A program made the position numbers and the translations under genes. From assembly GCA_965250285.1 (NCBI GenBank), contig OZ252299.1, positions 2,176,001-2,240,000 of the forward strand: a DNA stretch of 64,000 bases. Reading direction: 5' to 3'. Every line of letters starts with the position of its first letter. Within the stretch, counting starts at the first letter, position 1. The notes beneath the pieces are model-generated. The model searched no databases and was not told where the DNA came from. It saw only the letters and a list, made by a program, of their open reading frames with translations. This document shows positions 20,239 through 30,296 of this stretch, piece after piece. The stretch is from Myxococcota bacterium (GTDB taxonomy: Bacteria; Myxococcota_A; UBA9160; UBA4427).

Positions 20239-21417
20239 ATGTACATCGGCTACACGAAGGAACAACAGGCGCTGCGAGACGAGCTGCGGGCCTACTACGA
20301 CCAGCTGCTCACGCCCGAGATCCAGGCCGAGCTGCACAAGGGGCATGGCATCGGCCCCACGATGCGCGAGGTCGTCCGCCAGATGGGCAAGGACGGCTGG
20401 CTCGGCATCGGCTGGCCCGAGGAGTACGGTGGGCAGGGCCGGTCCCAGATCGAGCAGTTCATCTTCTTCGACGAGTCGATGCGCTGCGGTGCCCCGGTGC
20501 CGATGCTGACGATCAACACCGTCGGCCCGACGCTCTATGCGAACGCCTCGCAGGAGATCAAGGATTTCTTCCTGCCCAAGATCGTCGCGGGCGAGATCCA
20601 CTTTTGCATCGGCTACACCGAGCCGGGCGCCGGCACCGACCTCGCCTCGCTCACCACGCGGGCCGACCGCGACGGCGACGAGTACGTGATCAACGGTCAG
20701 AAGGTGTTCACGAGCCTCGCGAGCGACGCCGACTACATCTGGCTCGCCGCGCGCACCGACCAGGACGCGCCGAAGCACGGTGGCATCTCGATGTTCCTCG
20801 TCGACATGGACTCGCCCGGCATCAAGGCTGAGCCCATGGATCTGATCTCGAGCCACAACATCTGCACGACGTTCTTCGACGACGTGCGGGTGCCCGCCAG
20901 CCGGCTGGTCGGCGGCGAGAACAACGGCTGGAAGCTCATCACCGGTCAGCTCAATCACGAGCGCGTGACGATCTGCTCGCCGGGCATGCTCGAGCGCAGT
21001 TACGAAGGCGTCGTCGAGTGGGCGCGCAACTCGAAGCTCGCCGACGGCCGGCGCGTGATCGACCAGGAGTGGGTGCAGATGAATCTCGCGCGGGTCTCGG
21101 CCGGCCTCGAGTTCCTGCGCCTGATCAACTGGAAGGTCGCCTGGAGCGCCACCCACGACGAGCTCAAGGTGCAGGACGCCTCTACCACCAAGGTCTTCGG
21201 CACCGAGTTCTACGTCGAAGCGTTCCGCTTGCTGATGGAGATCGTCGGCGAACGCGCCGCCCTCGCGAAGGGCAGCACCGATGCGGTGCTCGATGGCTAC
21301 ATCGAGAACCTCTATCGCAGCCTGCTGATCCTCACCTTCGGCGGTGGCACCAATGAGATCCAGCGCGATCTCATCGGCCTCTTCGGTCTCGGCCTCCCTC
21401 GCGTCCCGCGCTTCTAG
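20239..21417 (+). CDS. fadE26: Acyl-CoA dehydrogenase, FadE26/ChsE4-like (catalytic subunit)
   Basis: Segments IGYTEPGAGTDLASL, QLNHER, WVQMNLARV and LILTFGGGTNEIQRD closely resemble mycobacterial FadE26 as I recall it. Confidence 0.85.
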   Translation: MYIGYTKEQQALRDELRAYYDQLLTPEIQAELHKGHGIGPTMREVVRQMGKDGWLGIGWPEEYGGQGRSQIEQFIFFDESMRCGAPVPMLTINTVGPTLYANASQEIKDFFLPKIVAGEIHFCIGYTEPGAGTDLASLTTRADRDGDEYVINGQKVFTSLASDADYIWLAARTDQDAPKHGGISMFLVDMDSPGIKAEPMDLISSHNICTTFFDDVRVPASRLVGGENNGWKLITGQLNHERVTICSPGMLERSYEGVVEWARNSKLADGRRVIDQEWVQMNLARVSAGLEFLRLINWKVAWSATHDELKVQDASTTKVFGTEFYVEAFRLLMEIVGERAALAKGSTDAVLDGYIENLYRSLLILTFGGGTNEIQRDLIGLFGLGLPRVPRF

Positions 21418-21451
21418 CGCGCGAGACGCCCACGAATCGGAACACAGAGTC

Positions 21452-22573
21452 ATGGATTTCGCACTGACGGAAGAACAGGAAGCCTTCGGCGAGCTCGCTC
21501 GACAGATCCTCGTCGACGGCTGCACCAAGGAACGCCTCATCGAGATCGAGCGCGGGGACGGTCCGCGCTTCGACGCGAAGCTCTGGTCGGCGCTGGCCGA
21601 AGCCGGACTGCTCGGCATCGCGATCCCCGAAGCCCACGGCGGGGCCGGCCTCGGCTTCTTCGAGATTGCGCTGCTGGTCGAGCAGGTCGGCGCTCACGCC
21701 GCGCCCGTGCCCCTGCTCGAGACGCTCGCCATGGGCGCCGAGCCGCTCCGTGCGTTCGGCAGCGAGGCCCAGCAGAAGGCCCATCTACCGGGCGTCGCCA
21801 GCGGCGAGCGCGTGATCACGGCGGCGCTCGTCGAGGCCCTCAGCGAGATCGAGGCGCCGCAGACGAAGGCCACCGAAAAAGACGGCGGCTACACCCTCGA
21901 CGGCATCAAGACCTGCGTGCCCTGCGCCCAGATCGCCGACCTCGTGCTCGTGCCGGCGACGATCGGCGACGACGTGGCGATCTTCCTGGTCGATCCCAAG
22001 GCGCCCGGTGTCACCCTCGAGCCGGTCGACACGACGAGCGGCCAGCCCGAGGCGCGCATGAGCCTCGCGGCCGTCCAGGTCTCGAGCGACGACATGCTCG
22101 GCCACCCGGCCCAGGGCGCCGAGATCCTCGAGTGGATGCGGCTGCGATCGACCGCTGCCTACTGCTCACTGTCGCTGGGCGTCTGCAGCACCGCCCTGCG
22201 GCTGAACGCCGAGTACGCGAAGGAGCGCAAGCAGTTCGGCTCGCCCATCGCGACGTTCCAGGCCGTGGGCCAGCGCATGGCCGACGCCTACGTCGATGTC
22301 GAGGCGATCCGCCTGACGTCCTGGCAGGCCGCCTGGCGCATCAGCGAGGGGCTCGATGCCCGCGAGGCCGTGGCCAAGGCGAAGTACTGGGCCAGCTTCG
22401 GCGGACAGCGCGTCGTGCACACCGCGGTGCATCAGCATGGCGGCATGGGCGTCGACCGCGACTACCCGCTGCATCGCTTCTTCCTCTACGAGAAGCAGCT
22501 CGAGCTCGCCCTCGGCGGCACGTCGGCGCAGCTGCGTCGTCTGGGCAAGATGATCGCCAACGGCGAGGCCTGA
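21452..22573 (+). CDS. fadE27: Acyl-CoA dehydrogenase, FadE27/ChsE5-like (partner subunit)
   Basis: MDF start, FQAVGQRMADAYVD, HGGMGVDRDYPLHRFFL...ELALGG; adjacent to the FadE26-like gene, as in alpha2beta2 ACAD pairs. Confidence 0.8.
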   Translation: MDFALTEEQEAFGELARQILVDGCTKERLIEIERGDGPRFDAKLWSALAEAGLLGIAIPEAHGGAGLGFFEIALLVEQVGAHAAPVPLLETLAMGAEPLRAFGSEAQQKAHLPGVASGERVITAALVEALSEIEAPQTKATEKDGGYTLDGIKTCVPCAQIADLVLVPATIGDDVAIFLVDPKAPGVTLEPVDTTSGQPEARMSLAAVQVSSDDMLGHPAQGAEILEWMRLRSTAAYCSLSLGVCSTALRLNAEYAKERKQFGSPIATFQAVGQRMADAYVDVEAIRLTSWQAAWRISEGLDAREAVAKAKYWASFGGQRVVHTAVHQHGGMGVDRDYPLHRFFLYEKQLELALGGTSAQLRRLGKMIANGEA

Positions 22574-22579
22574 CGAGGC

Positions 22580-22706
22580 GCGATCACCGCGGGGTGTGCG
22601 CGGGTCGGCCGCCGATTCACGCTTTGCGATCGCCGCGGGGTGTGCGCAGGTCGGCCGCCGAGTCACGCTTTGCGATCGCCGCGGGGTGTGCGCGGGTCGG
22701 CCGCCG
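22580..22706. repeat. 46-bp tandem repeat, about 2.8 copies
   Basis: GCGATCRCCGCGGGGTGTGCGCRGGTCGGCCGCCGAKTCACGCTTT at 22580, 22626 and 22672, starting 7 bp after the fadE27-like stop. Confidence 0.92.
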
Positions 22707-22773
22707 GTTGCCGCGGTCCAGATCGGTGGTCCCAGACGACGAACCCCGCAGCGAAAGGCGATACCCTCCGGCC

Positions 22774-23952
22774 ATGTCGTCGCCGCTCCGATCCCGCGCC
22801 ACCCTCCCGACCCTCTTCAGCATCATCATCGTCGACCTGATCGCCTTCGGCGTACTGATGCCGGTGCTGCCGTTCTATGCCGATCTGTTCGGGGCGAACG
22901 GCGTCGTGCTCGGCGGGCTGCTTGCGACCCATGCGGCGATGCAGTTCATCTTCGCGCCGATCTGGGGCCGCGTCTCCGATCGCATCGGTCGGCGGCCCGT
23001 CATGCTCGGCACGGTCGCCGGCACGGCCATCGCAATGGTGGCGCTCGCGTACGCGCCCTCGCTGCCGTGGCTCTTCCTCGCCCGCGCGGCCTCGGGCGTC
23101 TTCGCCGCAAACATCTCCGTCGCCACGGCCTACCTCGCCGACGTCACCGCCCCCGATGAGCGCACCCGCTGGATGGGCATGGTCGGTGCGTCGTTCGGGA
23201 TCGGCTTCATCCTCGGCCCGGTCCTCGGTGCGATCCTCTCCCCGTACGGCCTCGAGGTACCGATCCTCGCAGCCGCCGGCTTCGCGGCCGCCAACTTCGT
23301 GTACGCCGCGTTCGTGCTGAAAGAGCCTGCGCAGCACACGCACGAAGACGTCGCAGGCAACCGACTCGACGTACTGCGCGATCGGTCGATCGGACGCCTC
23401 ACCGCCGTGAACCTGCTCTTCAGCCTCGCGGTGACACAGCTCGAAGCCATGTTCGCCTTCTACATGATGGACCGCTTCGGCTACGACGTGGTCCAGGTCG
23501 CCTGGATCCTCGTCACGATGGCGATCGTGATGGCGCTGATCCAGGGCGGCGGCATGCGACAGCTCGTCGCGCGGTTCGGCGAACGCTCGATGATGCTCAC
23601 CGGGCTCGCCCTGATGTGCGTGGGGATCGGGCTCGTCCCCTTCCAGCCCACCGTCGCGTTGCTCATGGCCCCCTTGCTCGTCTCGGCCGTCGGGCGGGCC
23701 GTCGCGCAGCCGCCGATGATGGGCTGGGCCTCGATGTTCGCGGCCACGGGCCAGCGGGGCATCGTGATGGGCACGTTCCAGAGCGCGGCGTCCCTCGCAA
23801 GGGTGTTCGGGCCAATGATCGCGGGGCTGCTCTTCGACCGCGCGCCGGGCGCGCCGTTCTTCCTCGCGAGCGCGCTGCTCGTCGCGAGCGTCGCCCTCGC
23901 GGGCACCATCGAGGCGCCCGAAGAAGCCCCCGAGCCGGAGCCCCAGACGTGA
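22774..23952 (+). CDS. MFS transporter (TetA/DHA1-like)
   Basis: GRVSDRIGRRP motif A, GFILGP motif C, about 12 hydrophobic segments. Confidence 0.92.
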   Translation: MSSPLRSRATLPTLFSIIIVDLIAFGVLMPVLPFYADLFGANGVVLGGLLATHAAMQFIFAPIWGRVSDRIGRRPVMLGTVAGTAIAMVALAYAPSLPWLFLARAASGVFAANISVATAYLADVTAPDERTRWMGMVGASFGIGFILGPVLGAILSPYGLEVPILAAAGFAAANFVYAAFVLKEPAQHTHEDVAGNRLDVLRDRSIGRLTAVNLLFSLAVTQLEAMFAFYMMDRFGYDVVQVAWILVTMAIVMALIQGGGMRQLVARFGERSMMLTGLALMCVGIGLVPFQPTVALLMAPLLVSAVGRAVAQPPMMGWASMFAATGQRGIVMGTFQSAASLARVFGPMIAGLLFDRAPGAPFFLASALLVASVALAGTIEAPEEAPEPEPQT

Positions 23953-25814
23953 AGCCGCGCGCGCGCGTCGCCGTGGGCACGGCTCCGACCGTCGCCGCGG
24001 TGGCGCTCATGGGCGCGCTCGCTTACGGCATCGACCACGGCGCGGCGCTCGGCCTGGCCCAGGCGACCATCGAGACCCTGGGTCGGGTCTACTTCGGGCT
24101 GCTGCTCTTCGCGCCCCTGGTGCTCTACCCCGCCGCTCGACTGGCGCGGCTCTCACGCCTGTGGGGCCTCGCGCTCGCGATCACCCCGGCGCTGCTCTGG
24201 TGGGGCACCGAGGTCGGCGTTCGCCTGCGGCATCACGGTTTGGCCGAATCGCTGTGGCTCGCTGCGTCGCCCTTCAACACCTTCCATCTCGCCATCGTCG
24301 CCACCACCGTCGTCGTCGCCGACGTCGTGTATCGCTTTGCGGTCCGGCCCTGGCGCCCCACCGTCTGCCCGCCCTCGTGGAAGCGCATCGCGCTCGCCTG
24401 CGTCGGCATCCCGCTCGGCCTCGTGCTCTCGGTCATGTGGGTGCCCGGCTTCCTGTTCGGCTATCACGCGCTCTTCCAGCGCGGGCTCCTGCCGATGCCC
24501 GCGGAGCTCCCCGGCCCCATCGAGGCGGAGGAGATCTCGCTCCAGCTCGGCGACGCGCCTCGACCCAACGTCGTCTTCATCCTCTCGGACGACCACCGCG
24601 CCGACTTCACGACCCACGCGGGTCATGCCTTCGTCGAGACACCCGCGCTCGACCGGCTCGCCGAAGACGGCGTGCGCTTCGAGCGTGCCTACGTCACGAC
24701 GTCGCTCTGCTCGCCGTCGCGTGCCAGCTACCTGACCGGTATGACGCCGCACCGTCACGGGGTGTGGAACAACTTTACGCCGTGGTCGAACGACAACCGC
24801 ACCTTCTTCGAGTACCTGAAGCACGCGGGCTACGACACCGCATTCATCGGCAAGTGGCACATGCCGGGCGAGCTGCCCGAGCTGCGCGGCGTCGACCACT
24901 TCGTGACGTTCACGAACGTCGGCGGCCAGGGCGTGTACGAGTGGAACCCGCTGGTCGTCGACGGAGAAGAGGCGCCATCCCGCACGCGCTACATCGCGAC
25001 CGAGCTGACCGATCGCGCGCTCGCCTGGCTCGACGATCGACCGCGCGACCGCCCCTTCGCGCTCATGCTCTCGCACAAGAGCGTGCACGCCGACTTCTTG
25101 CCCGACGAGCCCGATCGAGGGCGCTACGCGAGTGCCGACGTGGCGCTCCCGACCGGCGCCCACGTCTGGAGCCACCTCGGCGACGCGCAGTACACGCACA
25201 TGTCGTTCCGGCCCCTTCCGGACATGCGGCGCACGTATGCCGAAGCGATCGTATCGATGGACCGCGAGATCGCGCGGGTGCTCGACTGGCTCGACGCGGC
25301 GGGCTTGACCGACGACACGCTCGTCATCTACGCCAGCGACAACGGCTATCAGTGGGGCGAGCACGGTCTGACCGACAAGCGCGCCGCCTACGAGGAGTCG
25401 ATTCGCGTGCCCTTCATCGCGCGCTGGCCCGGCGGCGACGCGCAGGGCGGTCAGCGCGTCGACGCCCTCGTGGCCAACGTCGACCTCGCACCGACGCTGC
25501 TCGACCTGGCCGGGATCGCGCCCTCGCCCGACATGCAGGGGCGCAGTCTGCGCTCGCTGTTGACCCGACGCGACGCGGCCCCGGTACGGGACGCCCTGCT
25601 CTACACCTACTTCTTCGAGCCGCCGTACCCGACCCCGACGGTGCAGGCGCTCGTCACGCCGACCCACAAGCTCATCCGGCCGTCGGGCCGCCCCCCCGAG
25701 CTCTACGCGCTCGAAGCCGACCCACGTGAGCAGCGAAACCTCTTCGACCAGGCGCCCGCCGCGCTGCAGCGTCAGCTCGTCACGCGCCTCGAAGCGCTCA
25801 CCGTTCCCCGCTGA
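23949..25814 (+). CDS. Formylglycine-dependent sulfatase with an N-terminal multi-TM membrane domain
   Basis: PNVVFILSDDH, LCSPSRASYLTG, GKWH, SDNG, YEESIRVP; the first about 190 aa are hydrophobic; GTGA overlap with the MFS stop. Confidence 0.88.
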   Translation: MKPRARVAVGTAPTVAAVALMGALAYGIDHGAALGLAQATIETLGRVYFGLLLFAPLVLYPAARLARLSRLWGLALAITPALLWWGTEVGVRLRHHGLAESLWLAASPFNTFHLAIVATTVVVADVVYRFAVRPWRPTVCPPSWKRIALACVGIPLGLVLSVMWVPGFLFGYHALFQRGLLPMPAELPGPIEAEEISLQLGDAPRPNVVFILSDDHRADFTTHAGHAFVETPALDRLAEDGVRFERAYVTTSLCSPSRASYLTGMTPHRHGVWNNFTPWSNDNRTFFEYLKHAGYDTAFIGKWHMPGELPELRGVDHFVTFTNVGGQGVYEWNPLVVDGEEAPSRTRYIATELTDRALAWLDDRPRDRPFALMLSHKSVHADFLPDEPDRGRYASADVALPTGAHVWSHLGDAQYTHMSFRPLPDMRRTYAEAIVSMDREIARVLDWLDAAGLTDDTLVIYASDNGYQWGEHGLTDKRAAYEESIRVPFIARWPGGDAQGGQRVDALVANVDLAPTLLDLAGIAPSPDMQGRSLRSLLTRRDAAPVRDALLYTYFFEPPYPTPTVQALVTPTHKLIRPSGRPPELYALEADPREQRNLFDQAPAALQRQLVTRLEALTVPR

Positions 25815-27386
25815 TCAGATCGAGCGGGCCTGATCCTTCCAGTAGCGGTCCCGCAGCAGACGCTTGTAGAGCTTGCCCGTCTCGTGGCGGGGCAGCGCCG
25901 CTTCGAAGTCGACGCTGCGCGGCACCTTGTAGCCCGCCAGATGATCGCGGCAGTGGTCTTTGATCGACTGCTCGAGCTCGGCCGACGGCTCGACCCCGGC
26001 CATCAGCTCGACCGCCGCCTTCACCTCTTCACCAAACTCGTCGTTCGGGATCCCGAAGACCGCGGCATCGGCGATCTGGGGGTGCGAGACCAGGACGCCC
26101 TCGATCTCGGCGGGATAGATGTTCACGCCGCCCGAGATGATCATGTCGATCTTGCGGTCGGACAGAAAGAGGTAGCCCTCGTCGTCGACGTAGCCGATGT
26201 CGCCCACGGTGAAGACGCCCGGTTCGCGGTGGGCGGCCGCCGTCTTCTCGGGATCCTTGTGATACTCGAAGTCGCTGCCCATCTTGTTGCGGAAGTACAG
26301 CTGACCCGGCTCACCGGTCTCGGCCGGCGACCCGTCTTCGCGGATCACCATGACCTCCATGTTGTCGACCGCCTTGCCGAGGCTTCCCGGGTGTGCGAGC
26401 CACTCTTCGGCCGTGATCGACGAGACGATCGCCCCCTCTGTGCTGCCGTAGTACTCGCTGACCTTGGGCCCCCACCAGTCGATCATCTGGCGCTTGACCT
26501 CCGGTGAGCACGGCGCCGCCCCGTGCCAGACGATCTGCAGGCTGTCGCCCTTGAACGCCGCGCGCTTGTCTGCGCCGACGCGCAGCAGCCGCACGAACTG
26601 CGTCGGCACGAGGTGCGTATTCGTCACGCCATGGCGATCGATCAGCTCGAGCGCTTCTTCGGGATCGAACTTGTGGCGCATCAGCACGGTGAGCCCGGCG
26701 AGCATCGGCAGGAACGAGAACGCCCACTGCGCCGAGTGGTACACCGGTCCGTTGAGATACGTCACGCCGCCCTCGGGCAGGCCCAGCGTGCTTGCCATCG
26801 ACTGCCCGACCATCGGCATCACGTGCACGGGCAAGGCGCCCGAGAAGGTCGAGCTCACGACGCCCTTCGGTCGACCGGTGGTGCCCGACGTGTAGAACAT
26901 CGGTCCGCCCGCCTCCTGGTCTTCGGGCTCGGCGTCGCTCGATGCGGCGAGGACCGCTTCGTAGTCGTCGAAGCCCTCGGGCGGGGCAGCCCCGCGCAGG
27001 CCCATCACCGCCTTCAGGCCGAGCCGGGGCGCGTCGTTCCGGGCGACCGTTTCGGCCGCGAGCTCGGCGAAGCGTGCGCCGACCAGCAGGGCCTTCGAGT
27101 CGCTGTTGTCGAGGACATAGGCCACCTCTTCGGCGTGGAAGTGCCAGTTGATCGGCACGAAGCGGGTGCCGGTATGCGTCGCGGCGGCCATCGCCTCGAA
27201 GTACTCGCGGCGATTCCCTGAGAGAACGGCGAACGCGTCGCCCTTCTGCACCCCCGCGCCGCGCAGCGCATGGATCAGGCGGTTGACCCGCAGATCGAAG
27301 TCGGCCCAGCAGGTCTCACCGAACTCGTCGATGACGGCGGGCTCGACGCCTCGCTTCTCGGCAATCGGGGCGAAGATCGTCGTCAT
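25815..27386 (-). CDS. Acyl-CoA synthetase (ANL/AMP-binding family)
   Basis: YTSGTTGRPKG, YGSTE, GDIG, ISGGVNIYPAEIE, GKL. Confidence 0.94.
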   Translation of the reverse strand: MTTIFAPIAEKRGVEPAVIDEFGETCWADFDLRVNRLIHALRGAGVQKGDAFAVLSGNRREYFEAMAAATHTGTRFVPINWHFHAEEVAYVLDNSDSKALLVGARFAELAAETVARNDAPRLGLKAVMGLRGAAPPEGFDDYEAVLAASSDAEPEDQEAGGPMFYTSGTTGRPKGVVSSTFSGALPVHVMPMVGQSMASTLGLPEGGVTYLNGPVYHSAQWAFSFLPMLAGLTVLMRHKFDPEEALELIDRHGVTNTHLVPTQFVRLLRVGADKRAAFKGDSLQIVWHGAAPCSPEVKRQMIDWWGPKVSEYYGSTEGAIVSSITAEEWLAHPGSLGKAVDNMEVMVIREDGSPAETGEPGQLYFRNKMGSDFEYHKDPEKTAAAHREPGVFTVGDIGYVDDEGYLFLSDRKIDMIISGGVNIYPAEIEGVLVSHPQIADAAVFGIPNDEFGEEVKAAVELMAGVEPSAELEQSIKDHCRDHLAGYKVPRSVDFEAALPRHETGKLYKRLLRDRYWKDQARSI

Positions 27387-27391
27387 GGCTC

Positions 27392-28234
27392 CTACTCCTC
27401 TTGCGTCGGCGGCTCGCCGTACACGGCGCGAATGGCTTCGCCGGCATCGAATCGCGCCTGCACGGCGTCCATCTGCTCGATCGCGTCTTCGGTGCGCGCG
27501 ACCTCTTGAAAGCGACTTTGCTCGAGCGCGAGCGCTTCGTCGAGCGGCAGCTGCTCGGCCTCCTGCAGCAGCCGCTTCATGGCCCGCTGGGGTGCATGGG
27601 GCTGGGCGGCCAGATGACGTGCCCACTCGAGCGCGACCCGGGTGGCCTGCCCGGCCGGCACGACTCGGTTGATCGCCCCCAGCGCGTGCAGCCGGTGCGC
27701 CGTCAATGGCCGCCCGTCGTAGATCATCTCGGCGGCCGCGGTCCGGCCGATCAGCCGTGCGAGGCGCACGGTGCCACCCAAACCGGTCGTGAGGCCGATC
27801 TGCACCTCGGGCTGGCCGATCGCGACCTGCTCTTCGGCCACGCGCAGGTCGCAGGCCCAGCCGAGCTCGGCGCCCCCGCCGTTGGCATCGCCGTTCATGG
27901 CCGCGATCGAGACGACGTCTGGATGACCGAGCTCGGCCACCGCGGTGAAGAACCCCACGCCTGCGCCCGTCGTCGGCTCACCGCGAAACAGGCTCAGCAG
28001 GTCGCGCAGCCAGGCGTGCTGGAACCAGTGTCCGGGCGTCGCCGATGCGAGCACGTGGACACGGGCACCGCCCTCGCGCGCTTCCTTCAACGCATCGGCG
28101 AGCTGATCGACGCCGGCGAACGTGCCGTGGTTGCGCAGCTCGGGGTGATGCCAGGTGATGAGCGCGACGCCGTCGCTCGGTCGCTCGAGCGTGATGACCT
28201 GACGCGCTCCGATCGCTTCGATCGATTCGCTCAC
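27392..28234 (-). CDS. Enoyl-CoA hydratase/isomerase (crotonase) family protein
   Basis: NGGGAELGWACDLR and GQPEVQIGL. Confidence 0.87.
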   Translation of the reverse strand: MSESIEAIGARQVITLERPSDGVALITWHHPELRNHGTFAGVDQLADALKEAREGGARVHVLASATPGHWFQHAWLRDLLSLFRGEPTTGAGVGFFTAVAELGHPDVVSIAAMNGDANGGGAELGWACDLRVAEEQVAIGQPEVQIGLTTGLGGTVRLARLIGRTAAAEMIYDGRPLTAHRLHALGAINRVVPAGQATRVALEWARHLAAQPHAPQRAMKRLLQEAEQLPLDEALALEQSRFQEVARTEDAIEQMDAVQARFDAGEAIRAVYGEPPTQEE

Positions 28235-29094
28235 GGGTTGAGCCAGTCGGCCAGCGCCGACGTCGCGAGCGCCCGACCCTGCTCGGTGCCCGCCTCGAGC
28301 GCGGGCTCGATGAAGGCCGGATTCATGAGGTCGTCGCCCATGCGCTCGGCCTCGCGCTCGCCGGGCAACACGGCGTGGGACCAGATGCCTTTCGCCTCGA
28401 GCCCATCGAGTTCGACACGCAGGGCGCGCTGCGAGAGCGGACCGACGACGCCCATGCGGTCACACATCGGCGCGACCACGAGCACACGATCGGCGCCGCG
28501 CTCGCCGGCGAGATCGGCGCTCGTACCGCTGCGCACGCCGCCATCCATCCAGAGCGCGCCGTCGAAGGGGATCGGAGGAAAGACCCCCGGGATCGCGCAC
28601 GACGCGGCGATGGCAGAGGCCAGGGGCACGCCCGATGCACGGTCGACGCCGCGGTGCCGCCCGGTCGCCACGTCCACCACGACCGCGACGTAGTCGGTCT
28701 CGGGCCAGTCCGCGACACCACAGTGTCCGCCCGTCTGCGCGATCCAGGCCTCGGGTGCGCACGCGGGCGCCGCGCTCGCCTCTCGACCGATCTCGCGTGC
28801 GACGTCCTCGCTCATCAGGTCGACCGACGTCCAGGCCTTCATGATCCGGTCATAGGCCGCGAGGTCGATGCCCCCTTCGGGCAAAGGCAGCCCTGCCTCG
28901 GGCGGCTCGAGTGCATCGGCGAGGTCGTGACCCGCGGCCACGCGCACGCCGACCATGCTGCCCGCCGACGTCCCGATCACGAGGTCGGCATCGCGCGTGT
29001 CGATGCCTCCGTCGCGAAGGCCGAGCAGCACGCCGGTCTCCCAGGCGATGCCGACCAGCCCACCTCCGCCCAGAACCAGCGCGCGCTTGCTCAT
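28231..29094 (-). CDS. Patatin-like phospholipase
   Basis: LGGGG, GTSAG, ASCAIPGVFPP, DGG. Confidence 0.92.
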   Translation of the reverse strand: MSKRALVLGGGGLVGIAWETGVLLGLRDGGIDTRDADLVIGTSAGSMVGVRVAAGHDLADALEPPEAGLPLPEGGIDLAAYDRIMKAWTSVDLMSEDVAREIGREASAAPACAPEAWIAQTGGHCGVADWPETDYVAVVVDVATGRHRGVDRASGVPLASAIAASCAIPGVFPPIPFDGALWMDGGVRSGTSADLAGERGADRVLVVAPMCDRMGVVGPLSQRALRVELDGLEAKGIWSHAVLPGEREAERMGDDLMNPAFIEPALEAGTEQGRALATSALADWLNP

Positions 29095-29276
29095 CGAGAT
29101 CCCTCCACGCCTCGCACCGACCTCCGTCGAGATCGCCGACGATAGCAGCGGCGGGCTCGACGATGCGGGCGACCGCGTATCGAGAATCCGCAGAAAGCGC
29201 GGGGGGTTCCAGCCCGACCGACGGTGATCGGGTAAGCTCCCGCCCGCCCCGCACCCGTGAAAGGAAAGAAGCCGGC

Positions 29277-30296
29277 GTGGAAGACCGACAGGTGCTGCTC
29301 GAGGACGCCCGAGCCCAGATCGACGCGGCCCCCGATGCCGAAGCCGTGAAGGCCGTCGAGCGCGCGTTCACCGGAAAGAAGGGCAGCGTGTCGGCGTTGA
29401 TGGCCCAGATTCCGACGCTCCCGCCCGAGGAGCGCAAGGCATTCGGCCAGTCGGTCAACGAGCTGAAGCGCGCGATTCAGGATCAAGTGCAGGCGCGCCT
29501 CGCCGCACTGGCGGCCGCCGAGCTCGCGAGCGACCGAGAAGCCTCGGGGTTCGACCCGACCCTACCGCCGCCGCGCCAGTCTCGCGGCTCGCTGCACCCG
29601 ATCACGCAGGTGACGCGCGAGCTCGAAGACCTGTTCGAATCGATGGGGTACGAGGTGCTCGATGGTCCGGAGGTCGAGCTCGACTTCTACAACTTCGAAG
29701 CGCTGAACATCCCCGCTGATCACCCGGCCCGCGATAGTCAGGACACATTCTTCTGCGATGAAGCCGGCAAGCTGGTGATGCGCACGCACACGTCGCCCGT
29801 GCAGGTGCGCGCCATGGAGCGACTGAAGCCGCCCTTCCGTGTCGTCGCGCCCGGCAAGTGCTTTCGTCAGGAAACCACCGACGCCACCCATGATCACACC
29901 TTCCACCAGATGGAGGGCCTGGTCGTCGGCAAGGACATCTCGGTCGCCCATCTGATCGGCGCCATGAAGACGCTGCTGGCCGGCATCTTCGAACGCGAGC
30001 TCGATGTTCGCATGCGGCCGGGCTTCTTTCCGTTCGTCGAGCCGGGCTTCGAGCTCGATGCGCGCTGCCCGTTCTGCACCGACGGCTGCAGCGTCTGCAA
30101 GGGGACGACCTGGATCGAGCTCCTACCCTGCGGCCTCGTGCACCCGAACGTCCTGCGCGCGGGTGGGCTCGATCCCGACGAGTGGAGCGGCTTTGCGTTC
30201 GGCCTCGGCCTGTCGCGCCTCGTGATGCTGCGGGAACAGATCGACGACATCCGCCACATGCTCTCGGGCAACGTGCGCTTCCTGGAGCAGTTCTAG
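29277..30296 (+). CDS. pheS: Phenylalanine-tRNA ligase alpha subunit
   Basis: HPARDSQDTF, MRTHTSPVQ, FHQMEGL, FPFVEP, GFAFGLG. Confidence 0.97.
   Translation: MEDRQVLLEDARAQIDAAPDAEAVKAVERAFTGKKGSVSALMAQIPTLPPEERKAFGQSVNELKRAIQDQVQARLAALAAAELASDREASGFDPTLPPPRQSRGSLHPITQVTRELEDLFESMGYEVLDGPEVELDFYNFEALNIPADHPARDSQDTFFCDEAGKLVMRTHTSPVQVRAMERLKPPFRVVAPGKCFRQETTDATHDHTFHQMEGLVVGKDISVAHLIGAMKTLLAGIFERELDVRMRPGFFPFVEPGFELDARCPFCTDGCSVCKGTTWIELLPCGLVHPNVLRAGGLDPDEWSGFAFGLGLSRLVMLREQIDDIRHMLSGNVRFLEQF

Noticed and set aside
22580..22706. CRISPR or tRNA-derived repeat
   Set aside because: Contiguous copies without unique spacers; no cloverleaf or T-loop/CCA signature.
30066..30100. CPFC..GCSVC zinc-finger insert in PheS as a novelty
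   Set aside because: A four-Cys insert at this position is a known feature of many bacterial PheS proteins.
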